From Pseudomonadales bacterium (GTDB lineage Bacteria; Pseudomonadota; Gammaproteobacteria; Pseudomonadales; UBA5862), in contig JACKOQ010000005.1 in the NCBI GenBank assembly GCA_024234215.1, forward strand, positions 121,452 to 185,451: a DNA stretch of 64,000 bases, in the 5' to 3' direction. The translations under genes were made by a program, and so were the position numbers. The notes under the pieces are model-generated. The model saw only the letters and a list, made by a program, of their open reading frames with translations. It ran no database searches and was not told the origin of the DNA. Every line of letters starts with the position of its first letter. Positions within the stretch are counted from its first letter, which is position 1. Below are positions 21,383 through 28,525 of the stretch, in pieces.

Positions 21383-22075
21383 ATCATGGGTTCCCTTTCC
21401 GCGATTGCATTCAAAACAGAGTGTCCACAAGTTGTCCTCGCCGTTTGTGCCACCCTTTGCGACTGCGATCTTGTGGTCAACTTCCAGTCTGCTGCCTTCT
21501 TCGGCGGACGCCCCACAAATGCAGCACCGATATGAATCACGCTTGAAGATCGCGAACCGCTGAGTAACGGATATACCGGCCCGCACCTTTCCCTTCGCTC
21601 TAAATTCGGTGCAAGCTTCATCGAACGCGAGAATGGCTTCAGGTGCGGCATGCCTGAGGAGCAAGTAGCTTCTTATGTTTTCGAGGGAACTCGTTGTCCG
21701 CGGGAATGATCGGTCACGCTCCACATCACAGGCAAAATCACCAACCGGGTCGTCGCGCTTAGTTTGGCGAAGAAGCCAACGATAGAGTTGACTCCTTGCG
21801 GCCTTTTCAGCCTTGACGTCAGCGGCTGCCAGTTCGGCAATGATGTTTTTGGCATCTGATGGTCGGAAAAACTTTGTGTTTGGTTTCTTCGCGTAGCGCT
21901 CCCACGATTGAAGTGACTGCGCGTATCTCTGTGCACGAGTTGAAACGTGGTCGGGATCTTCAAAGTGCTGCGCAGGCTCGAACAAGTCGCAACGCGCACA
22001 GTAGTACATGTTTGGCGTTTCTTCATGATGGTCGCCATGAACGTAATAGCGAGTGCGTGCGGAGTGCCGGATCAT
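21377..22075 (-). CDS. cassette protein: YozE-like SAM-like domain fused to HNH endonuclease
   Basis: The central segment LYRWLLRQTKRDDPVGDFACDVERDRSFPRTTSSLENIRSYLL..FDEA aligns with B. subtilis YozE as I recall it. The C-terminus carries an HNH motif (CCICG..LEVDHKIAVAKGGTN..NLWTLCFECN). Confidence 0.7.
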   Translation of the reverse strand: MIRHSARTRYYVHGDHHEETPNMYYCARCDLFEPAQHFEDPDHVSTRAQRYAQSLQSWERYAKKPNTKFFRPSDAKNIIAELAAADVKAEKAARSQLYRWLLRQTKRDDPVGDFACDVERDRSFPRTTSSLENIRSYLLLRHAAPEAILAFDEACTEFRAKGKVRAGISVTQRFAIFKRDSYRCCICGASAEEGSRLEVDHKIAVAKGGTNGEDNLWTLCFECNRGKGTHDL

Positions 22076-22081
22076 GATGAT

Positions 22082-22168
22082 CTCTAACGTAGAGCTAACC
22101 GGCGCTGCGCGGCTTTATCGCGCAGCGTCCAGCGACCAAAGGGAGCGAGGTTGAGCGCCATGTTGGGC
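22082..22168 (-). repeat. integron attC site (87 bp)
   Basis: Bounded by CTCTAAC and GTTGGGC, with internal inverted repeats (TAACCGGCGCTGCGCGG...). Confidence 0.8.
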
Positions 22169-22173
22169 ATGCA

Positions 22174-22533
22174 CTAGTTCTTACTTTTTCTTGCGCTACA
22201 CAATGTCGTTGAGAGACCGCGATTCAATTTTATTTCTGTGCCCGCCTTAACGTAGCAAGCAATGGTCTTTTCCGAATTTACCGAACCGGCGCAGAGTTCA
22301 ACGGCGATGCCGCGAATAATGCCTTCATCTATTTTGGAAATGAGTCCATAGCACTTTGCGGGCTCGGGCGTCCATGCTCCGGAGCAAAGCTCAGTCCCCG
22401 ACCCGATATTGATCTCAGGGTCTATTTTGGTGACATCGTTCAAACAGTCGATTGGGTCATAAGCGAACGCGGCAGTACTGTAAACCATTGCGAAAGTAAG
22501 ACAAATAGCGCTTAGAGCTCCGGTTCTGGGCAT
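22174..22533 (-). CDS. cassette protein: small secreted protein with three Cys-containing repeats
   Basis: Signal peptide (..STAAFA), then three units of about 28 aa, each of the form C-x20-LC[SA][GA]. Confidence 0.6.
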   Translation of the reverse strand: MPRTGALSAICLTFAMVYSTAAFAYDPIDCLNDVTKIDPEINIGSGTELCSGAWTPEPAKCYGLISKIDEGIIRGIAVELCAGSVNSEKTIACYVKAGTEIKLNRGLSTTLCSARKSKN

Positions 22534-22557
22534 TTATCGTTCCCTCCTTATTTGCAT

Positions 22558-22626
22558 GCCCAACGTTCAAGGTAACCGGCCTTGCGCGGCTTTATGCGCA
22601 AGGTCCGGTTGACCGCAGGGTTCGGC
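22558..22626 (-). repeat. integron attC site (69 bp)
   Basis: Bounded by GCCCAAC and GTTCGGC. Inverted repeats GGTAACCGGCCTTGCGCGG / GCGCAAGGTCCGGTTGACC. Confidence 0.85.
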
Positions 22627-23121
22627 CCCAACGGATATTTCACTGAGCCGTTCTTCGGTGAATTTCCAAGCCGTAGGAATTCGGTCAATTGTTCCCGCCG
22701 CCTTGGCACGGCTTGTCCAGATGTGCTCCTCATACAAGATGGTGTCACCGCGCCCGGCTGCGGCCGCCTTCAACCACGAAGCAATTTCAGTTGGGGTGGC
22801 GAGATACATGCGAGGTAGCGCATCAATCGCGACGCCGCGAAATTGAACGAGGCAGAAGACGGTCTTCTTCGAATGCTTCTTCAACCAAGCATCTACGGCA
22901 CCGTGGTAGTCGGCGTTGGCGATGTGTGACTGCGTGAGGCCCCACCCACCGTCTTGGCTTCCTTTCACGGAAACTTTCAACATGCGTTCGCCGGAAACGG
23001 CGACCAGATCGTACTCGGGTTGATTAGCTCCGTACTGCACGGACACATCCCATCCACAGCGCGCAAACTGCGCGGCTGCAAATGCCTCTGCTGCTGTAGC
23101 AACCTGCCAAGAAGTAATCAT
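22567..23121 (-). CDS. cassette protein: PD-(D/E)XK-like nuclease-fold protein (tentative)
   Basis: Start chosen at MITSWQV (23121). The E..YDLVAV..KVSVK arrangement resembles small PD-(D/E)XK endonucleases of the VQVK type. The last 20 or so codons run through the attC. Confidence 0.45.
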   Translation of the reverse strand: MITSWQVATAAEAFAAAQFARCGWDVSVQYGANQPEYDLVAVSGERMLKVSVKGSQDGGWGLTQSHIANADYHGAVDAWLKKHSKKTVFCLVQFRGVAIDALPRMYLATPTEIASWLKAAAAGRGDTILYEEHIWTSRAKAAGTIDRIPTAWKFTEERLSEISVGAEPCGQPDLAHKAAQGRLP

Positions 23122-23133
23122 GTGCGTGTTGGG

Positions 23134-23262
23134 GCCGAACGTTCGAGTTAACCGGCCCGCGGAGGCAGGCACCGTAAGGCCGGGCTGAGATGATGCACCA
23201 TGTCCCTCAGCCCGGCCTTGCGGTGCCTGCCGTAGCGGGTCCGGTTGAACGAGGGGTTAGGC
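23134..23262 (-). repeat. integron attC site (129 bp)
   Basis: Bounded by GCCGAAC and GTTAGGC. By-eye alignment suggests about 85-90 percent identity to the attC at 24490..24618. Confidence 0.9.
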
Positions 23263-23308
23263 GTCGCCCGGGTGTGGACGAACGGCGACAGTCTCTTCCT
23301 ATCGATTG

Positions 23309-23602
23309 CTAAAAGCTTACCGAATCTCCGGGCGCGATCCACGGCACACCGTACGGCGTTCCCTGCTCAACGGTGATTTCGATTTCTGCAAACTTCCCAT
23401 CGGTACTGTAGGCCGTAATCGTTTGGCACGCATCGCGTGCCACGGCCCCTTCAAACAACTTCTTCATATTGGCCTTTTTGTCCTTTATTACGACAGTTTT
23501 TGTCCCTGTGCCGAACTTGTTGCACAACGAAAACGAGACGTCTGCGGCCATAGCAGGCGTTGCCGAAAGCACCAAGGCAAGTACACCAAATAGGTATTTC
23601 AT
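23309..23602 (-). CDS. cassette protein: small secreted protein
   Basis: Start chosen at MKYLFGVLALVLSATPAMA (signal peptide). 97 aa. It is the second gene of a two-gene cassette. Confidence 0.55.
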   Translation of the reverse strand: MKYLFGVLALVLSATPAMAADVSFSLCNKFGTGTKTVVIKDKKANMKKLFEGAVARDACQTITAYSTDGKFAEIEITVEQGTPYGVPWIAPGDSVSF

Positions 23603-23624
23603 TTTGCTTCTCCTTGAGTAATCG

Positions 23625-24446
23625 TCAATCGTAATTTGCCATCCATTTACTGTACCAGTCGCGATGACAATAGTTGTCGTAGGTGCGCGGCACCAGTTCT
23701 GAGCCTGCATATACTCGATAGACGTAAGCAGGAATCCAGTTGGAACCCTCGACTTTGATTCGACGGTCCGGATTGCGGTTTACGAGAACTATGCAACCGT
23801 CTCTTTGCTGAATTCTAAGGTCCTCGCACGCGTTGCCGCTGCACGGGCCGCCTGCCGCGGGGCCTCCCCCTGACGACTGAGTAGTGCGTGATGGTGGTGG
23901 CGGTGGTGGAGGCGGCGTTGGGCTTTGATCGCCTCGGCCGCTGCGGCCCCTATTAGTGACCCCTGGCGGAGCAACGCCAACTGGTGGTGACACTTCTCCC
24001 GGCCGCACGATTGGTTCGTACCCAGGTTGCCCCGGTTGAAATGCGATTCCGTAAGATGTTTTTCCGGCGCCTCGATCAATGGAGATGAAGTCCTCCATGT
24101 CGTATTCGTTCTGGTTCACCTGACAATATTTTTCTGTCTTGATTCCAGAGGTGTTCTCGACTCGGACACAGAAGTTCGGACCATCGCCGGACCACTTGCG
24201 ACTAGGCGATCGGGCGAATATGTACAGATATCGATTCTTTAGTACTTCGGTGATGATCTCCTTGCAGCTGGCGCCCTCCACGCGTCGATTCATGTACGTC
24301 ACCCACTCTTCGTTGACATACATTCGTACGGACACATAGATGGCCTCCGCATTTCGATTGCAGACGTTAAGTTGCGCATGTCCAGAAGTAGCGGCTAGCA
24401 TGGCGAGCGCGCCTATCGTCTTGCCGGACCATCCCTTGCAGTGCAT
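23625..24446 (-). CDS. cassette protein: secreted, DUF1036-like N-domain, poly-Pro linker, Cys-containing C-domain
   Basis: Signal peptide (..ATSGHA), then LNVCNRNAEAIYVSV, which resembles the DUF1036 start. A PPPPPPPP linker follows, then a C-terminal domain of about 75 aa. Confidence 0.55.
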   Translation of the reverse strand: MHCKGWSGKTIGALAMLAATSGHAQLNVCNRNAEAIYVSVRMYVNEEWVTYMNRRVEGASCKEIITEVLKNRYLYIFARSPSRKWSGDGPNFCVRVENTSGIKTEKYCQVNQNEYDMEDFISIDRGAGKTSYGIAFQPGQPGYEPIVRPGEVSPPVGVAPPGVTNRGRSGRGDQSPTPPPPPPPPSRTTQSSGGGPAAGGPCSGNACEDLRIQQRDGCIVLVNRNPDRRIKVEGSNWIPAYVYRVYAGSELVPRTYDNYCHRDWYSKWMANYD

Positions 24447-24489
24447 GAGCCCTCCCGATGTTTAGTTGGAGAAAGCGGTGGATTGCGAC

Positions 24490-24618
24490 GCCTAACGTTC
24501 GAGCTAACCGGCCAGCGGAGGCAAGCGCCGTATGCCCGGGCTGAGATGATGCACCAAGTGCCTCAGCCCGGGCTTACGGCGCTTGCCGTAGCGGGTCCGG
24601 TTGAGCGAGGGGTTAGGC
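24490..24618 (-). repeat. integron attC site (129 bp)
   Basis: Bounded by GCCTAAC and GTTAGGC. Paralogue of the attC at 23134..23262. Confidence 0.9.
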
Positions 24619-24619
24619 T

Positions 24620-25531
24620 TCACCAGCCGTAGTACCTCGATAGTGCGTTTGTCAGTAGGCCACCGGCGACACCAATTTCGACCTGCCACGCTGCATTGAT
24701 GGCCTTGTCCATCATTCGGGAGAGCCACGACCGGGTTTGCGGACCAAAGCTCTTCTCTGCAACCTCCGTACTCGTGGAGTCCGCGGCTATTGCCTGCTGC
24801 AGCGCGGCAACGTCGGATTCCTGCACTTGCTTTGCGCGCAGGAACGCGGCGAGTGAATCAAAGTCTCCGCGCTCGACTGAATTGCGAACAGTTTGCTGAT
24901 TATTGTGGCCGACCAAGATGGTCACGTTGTCGCCGAAAATGGCGTTGTTGAACATTGATCCTGTCTCGGGTGACTGTGCTACGCGCTTGACCGCTTCGTC
25001 CGACATATCTGCTCCAACCTTTTCACTCACGTCAAGCAGGAAGTCCAGGAGCTTCGACCGCACCTGAGCCGTGATTTGTGCAAACCGACCAATCCCAATA
25101 TCGCACCAAGCTTGCTGTACCTTGTAGCCGCCAGAGAGTGCTTTATTGAAGAACGCTGCATACTCCACCGGCAACGGGCGCTGAAGGCCCTTCGTATCGT
25201 GCTTGGCCAAACCCTCCAAGACGGCAATGGAATCGCGCATCTCGAGTTCTTCAAGACGCTTCCTTTGCTCCTTGGTTAGGTGCATTGTAGGTAGCGGGTG
25301 GTCAGAGTACGAGTATGCGTTGTTTGTGACATTGCCCTTGACATGGGCTGGGATGACGCGATAACTCGGAAGTGGAGCGTCGTCAGGATACCCGTTGATC
25401 TCGTTGTTAACCCAATCAACCAAGTCGCGCCGACCAACCCTGTGGAGAAGAACTTTCGTCTTCACGAGTGCGTCGATCAAACTCGGCTGGGGCTCCGAGA
25501 GTTCGGAAATTAGATCGGTGAGGAGCTTCAT
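24620..25531 (-). CDS. cassette protein: AbiTii-like abortive-infection family protein
   Basis: Start chosen at MKLLTDL (25531). The N-terminus SLIDALVKTKVLLHRVGRRDLVDWVNNEINGY..LPSYRVI matches the AbiTii N-domain pattern as I recall it. The C-terminus ends in a hydrophobic helix. This is the first cassette after attI'. Confidence 0.6.
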   Translation of the reverse strand: MKLLTDLISELSEPQPSLIDALVKTKVLLHRVGRRDLVDWVNNEINGYPDDAPLPSYRVIPAHVKGNVTNNAYSYSDHPLPTMHLTKEQRKRLEELEMRDSIAVLEGLAKHDTKGLQRPLPVEYAAFFNKALSGGYKVQQAWCDIGIGRFAQITAQVRSKLLDFLLDVSEKVGADMSDEAVKRVAQSPETGSMFNNAIFGDNVTILVGHNNQQTVRNSVERGDFDSLAAFLRAKQVQESDVAALQQAIAADSTSTEVAEKSFGPQTRSWLSRMMDKAINAAWQVEIGVAGGLLTNALSRYYGW

Positions 25532-25545
25532 AGGTGGATTGTGAA

Positions 25546-25641
25546 GCCTAACTATAAATGGACACCCCAAAAGGTGGCTTGTTTTACACCTTACGGGTGT
25601 CTAATATTTTGCCAGGCAAGGCTATACCGAGGTTAAGCGTC
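25546..25641 (-). other. attI' (second integron attachment site plus promoter region)
   Basis: 25549..25641 matches 52597..52689 with 2 mismatches. Homology begins exactly at the ..TAAC recombination point, and the junction reads GTTAGGC on the cassette strand. Confidence 0.8.
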
Positions 25642-25761
25642 ATGTCAAACGTGGTAGTACACCCCAAAACGATTGTCGACCACGCCTCCGGCGGGGCATC
25701 CACGCCGAAGCTGCTGGATGAGGTACGCGCCCACATCCAGCGGTTGAACTACAGCATCCGG
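25642..25761 (+). pseudogene. intI: truncated integron integrase (first 40 codons only)
   Basis: [40 protein letters not shown] matches IntI at 52690 with one aa change. The reading frame then runs into the MITE. Confidence 0.9.
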
Positions 25762-25849
25762 GAGAATTGGGGACAGACCACGGTTTCCTGGTTTCTGCTC
25801 CGCTTTGGCAGAAAACCGTAACGGGAAACCATGGTCTGTCCCCAATTCT
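25762..25849. mobile_element. 88-bp MITE-like palindromic element
   Basis: 26-27 bp terminal inverted repeats with one mismatch in this copy: AGAATTGGGGACAGACCACGGTTTCC ... GGGAAACCATGGTCTGTCCCCAATTCT. An inner 9-bp hairpin is present. The second full copy is at 50030..50117. Confidence 0.85.
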
Positions 25850-26073
25850 ACAGGTGTTGGCGTGACATTCGCTGGTTGCTGCAGGGCAAAAAAGGCAGAG
25901 GACTTTCGTCAGATGAGCCAGTCCGGAGACAGCGCGTGACCCACAGTTCGCTGAGAAAATGAAGCCAGACTGACGCCCGTTTCAGCACCCGGTCGTGCTC
26001 GATCAATGCTGCACAGCAAAGCTGAGGCTGGCGGCTAGACTTTGCTGTGTGACTGCGTCTTCAGGGGGCAACA

Positions 26074-26496
26074 GTGAAAGTCAGCGCGATCATGTCTTCA
26101 CCGGTGGTGACAGTGCACCTCGACGACAGGCTGTCGGCAGTGCGGGAGATTTTCAGCCGGACCAGATTCCATCACTTGATCGTGGTCGAGCATGGCAAGC
26201 TGTTCGGCGTCGTCTCGGATCGGGATTTGTTGAAGGCGATCAGCCCGAATATCGGCAAAGGGGCGGAGCGTGATGCAGACACCGCGACCCTCAACAAGCG
26301 GGTTCACCAGATCATGAGCCGCAAGCCGATCTTTTTGCAGGAGGAGAGCAGCGTGCTCGATGCCATCAGGCTGTTTGACGAACACGCCGTCTCATGCATT
26401 CCAATCGTCAACCCCGACAACACGCCTGTGGGCATTCTCAGTTGGCGCGACATCATCAAGGCGATCCGGGCCGTCAGTCAAAAAGAGAAGCCGTAG
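26074..26496 (+). CDS. CBS domain-containing protein
   Basis: GTG start after AGGGGG. Tandem CBS pair (VVTVHLDDRL..HHLIVVE ... CIPIVNPDN). Confidence 0.8.
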   Translation: MKVSAIMSSPVVTVHLDDRLSAVREIFSRTRFHHLIVVEHGKLFGVVSDRDLLKAISPNIGKGAERDADTATLNKRVHQIMSRKPIFLQEESSVLDAIRLFDEHAVSCIPIVNPDNTPVGILSWRDIIKAIRAVSQKEKP

Positions 26497-26526
26497 CAGC
26501 AGTCGAGCGACAGCGGCAAAAACCGG

Positions 26527-27471
26527 TTACCGAGACAATTGATCTGCCGCTGCTTCCTCGGCCATGCAGACGCGGTTGCGCCCCTCGTGCTTGGCCCGGT
26601 AGAGCGCTTCATCGGCGCGCCGCAGCAGTTCAGCCGCTGAGTCGTCGTGCAGCGTGGCGATTCCCAGGCTGACCGTGAAGTTCAGCACGCTGCCGCGGTA
26701 GGTGACCTCGAGTTTGGCCGCCGCCCGGCGGATGCGCTCTGCGGTGATCAGTGCCCCTTCGGCCGGTGTGTTGTGCAGCAGCAGTGCGAACTCCTCACCG
26801 CCATAGCGATAGAGCAGGTCGGTCGAACGGGCCGCCCGGCCGATCTCGGCAGCCAGTTCGCTCAGCACCTGGTCACCGGCCGGGTGGCCATGGCTGTCAT
26901 TGATCCTTTTGAAGTGGTCGACATCGATCATCAGCAGCGACAGCGGCTGACGATGCCGTCTGGCCAGATCGACCTCGCGGCGCATCGCGCTCTCGAATGC
27001 CTGACGGTTGCCGACCTGGGTCAGACCATCGGTGAGGGCCGTGCGCAGCGTCTTGCGGTGAATCAAGGCGTTGCGCAACGGAAAGATCAGCGTGGAGAGC
27101 AGGGTTTCGAGCAATTCGGTCTCGGCCTCGCTGAAGGGGTGGTTGCGATGCAACCCGATCTCACCCAGCGCCATCTGTTCGATCGCCAGTCGGTAGTTCA
27201 ACTGGATGCAGCCATCTCCCTCCCAGGCGAACTCGATCTGCTCATCCTCGTGCCGATAGCCCAGGCCAGTGATCGGCATGATCTTGCTGACCCAGTCGGC
27301 AAAAAAGGTGAGCAGTTGCTCCACTTCGAGCGAAGTCTGCAACAGCCGGGCAAGACCGAGCTGCAGATTCAGCTCCGCCAGTTCGGCGGCAATGGCGTCG
27401 GCGGTACCGCCCCCACTTCCCGGCAGGGATGCGTCGCGCGAAGGGGTCGGAATCGATAACACTGCGGACAT
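26527..27471 (-). CDS. diguanylate cyclase (GGDEF domain) with N-terminal sensory domain
   Basis: DGLTQVGNRQAFE..LLMIDVDHFKRINDSHGH..YRYGGEEFALLL. Confidence 0.9.
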   Translation of the reverse strand: MSAVLSIPTPSRDASLPGSGGGTADAIAAELAELNLQLGLARLLQTSLEVEQLLTFFADWVSKIMPITGLGYRHEDEQIEFAWEGDGCIQLNYRLAIEQMALGEIGLHRNHPFSEAETELLETLLSTLIFPLRNALIHRKTLRTALTDGLTQVGNRQAFESAMRREVDLARRHRQPLSLLMIDVDHFKRINDSHGHPAGDQVLSELAAEIGRAARSTDLLYRYGGEEFALLLHNTPAEGALITAERIRRAAAKLEVTYRGSVLNFTVSLGIATLHDDSAAELLRRADEALYRAKHEGRNRVCMAEEAAADQLSR

Positions 27472-27700
27472 GGATTCATCACTCCAGAGAGTCTTGGCTT
27501 GATCCGGGCGTCACGCTGATGGGCGCCTCGTTGACACGACTGCTTTAGCGAAAGCCGTGCCAACTATCAAGAGACTGTTTTCCAAGCTCAAAACTGTTTT
27601 TCAGCCGGTTTATTGGCCAGAAACGGCAGGAGTGGTGGTTTTTTGACCAGAAAGCCGCCGCTGCCCTCCTTCGCTCGGCGGGTGATCAGTCAAAATACTG

Positions 27701-28462
27701 TCATCCGGGTTGTCCGTCGCGCGTCTGCGCATCCAGCGAAACACCGTTGAGATGGCGGCTCTGCGGCCCCATCAGGTAGAGGTAGAGCGGCATGATTTCG
27801 TCCGGAGCCGGATTGCGGTCCGGATCTTCGCCGGGATAGGCGTCGGCCCGCATCCGGGTGCGGGTCGCGCCCGGATTGATGCTGTTGATCCGCACCTGAC
27901 TCACCGCGCCCAGCTCCTCGGCCCAGACCTGCGCCATGCCCTCGACGGCAAACTTGGTGACCGCATAGGCACCCCAGTAGGCACGTCCGCGTCGGCCAAC
28001 GCCCGACGAAGTAAAAATCACTGAAGCATCATCGGCTTGCATCAACAGCGGCAGCAGCGCCTGCGTCATCATGAAGGCGGCAGTCAGATTGACCTGCAGC
28101 AGTTTCTGCCACTCATCGAGCGGGTACTGCCCAAGCGGCGTGCGCCGGCCCAGCAGCGCGGCATTGTGCAGCACACCATGAAGCTGGCCGAACTCCCGCT
28201 CCAGGGTCGCGGTCAGATCCTGGTGGTCGCGCAGGGTGGCGCCCTGCAGATTCATCGGATAGATGGCCGGCTCGGGTCCACCGGCGGCGACGATCTCGTC
28301 GTAGCACTCTTCGAGATGCTTGACCGTGCGCCCCAGCAACACCACGGTGGCGCCGTGGCGCGCGTAGCAGTTGGCCGCGGCCCGGCCGATGCCGGCACCG
28401 GCGCCGGTCACCAGAATGAAACGCCCCTGCAACAAGTCGGAAGGTGGTTGATATTCAAACAT
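27701..28462 (-). CDS. SDR family oxidoreductase (YciK-like)
   Basis: Start chosen at MFEYQPP (28462). TGAGAGIG Rossmann motif and YxxxK (YAVTK). Confidence 0.8.
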   Translation of the reverse strand: MFEYQPPSDLLQGRFILVTGAGAGIGRAAANCYARHGATVVLLGRTVKHLEECYDEIVAAGGPEPAIYPMNLQGATLRDHQDLTATLEREFGQLHGVLHNAALLGRRTPLGQYPLDEWQKLLQVNLTAAFMMTQALLPLLMQADDASVIFTSSGVGRRGRAYWGAYAVTKFAVEGMAQVWAEELGAVSQVRINSINPGATRTRMRADAYPGEDPDRNPAPDEIMPLYLYLMGPQSRHLNGVSLDAQTRDGQPG

Positions 28463-28525
28463 TTGCTGTGGCCTCCCAGAGACTCGGTAAATTCGCGAAC
28501 ACGGCAACTCCCTGCCGCCCGGGTT

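Larger units (their letters stand above)
21346..25641 (-). mobile_element. integron cassette array A (5 cassettes) with its own attI but no functional integrase
   Basis: AT-richer ORFs on the minus strand are separated by attC-like palindromes. All five cassettes pass the test of 5' end against own R'' box (see findings). The array ends at attI' (25546..25641). Confidence 0.85.

Noticed and set aside
25558-25821. 87-aa [13 protein letters not shown]...ENWGQTTVSWFLLRFGRKP, and the equivalent 5' extension of the intI ORF from 52606.
   Set aside because: It is a chimera of attI sequence, the first 40 intI codons and translated MITE sequence. The IntI-family alignment supports the internal ATG (52690 / 25642) as the real start.
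26012-26049. Perfect 10-bp inverted repeat (CACAGCAAAG ... CTTTGCTGTG, 18-nt loop) 25 nt upstream of the CBS-domain gene.
   Set aside because: It has no T-tract, no recognisable riboswitch or operator consensus, and is a single occurrence. It may be an mRNA 5' stem, but there is not enough evidence to call it.
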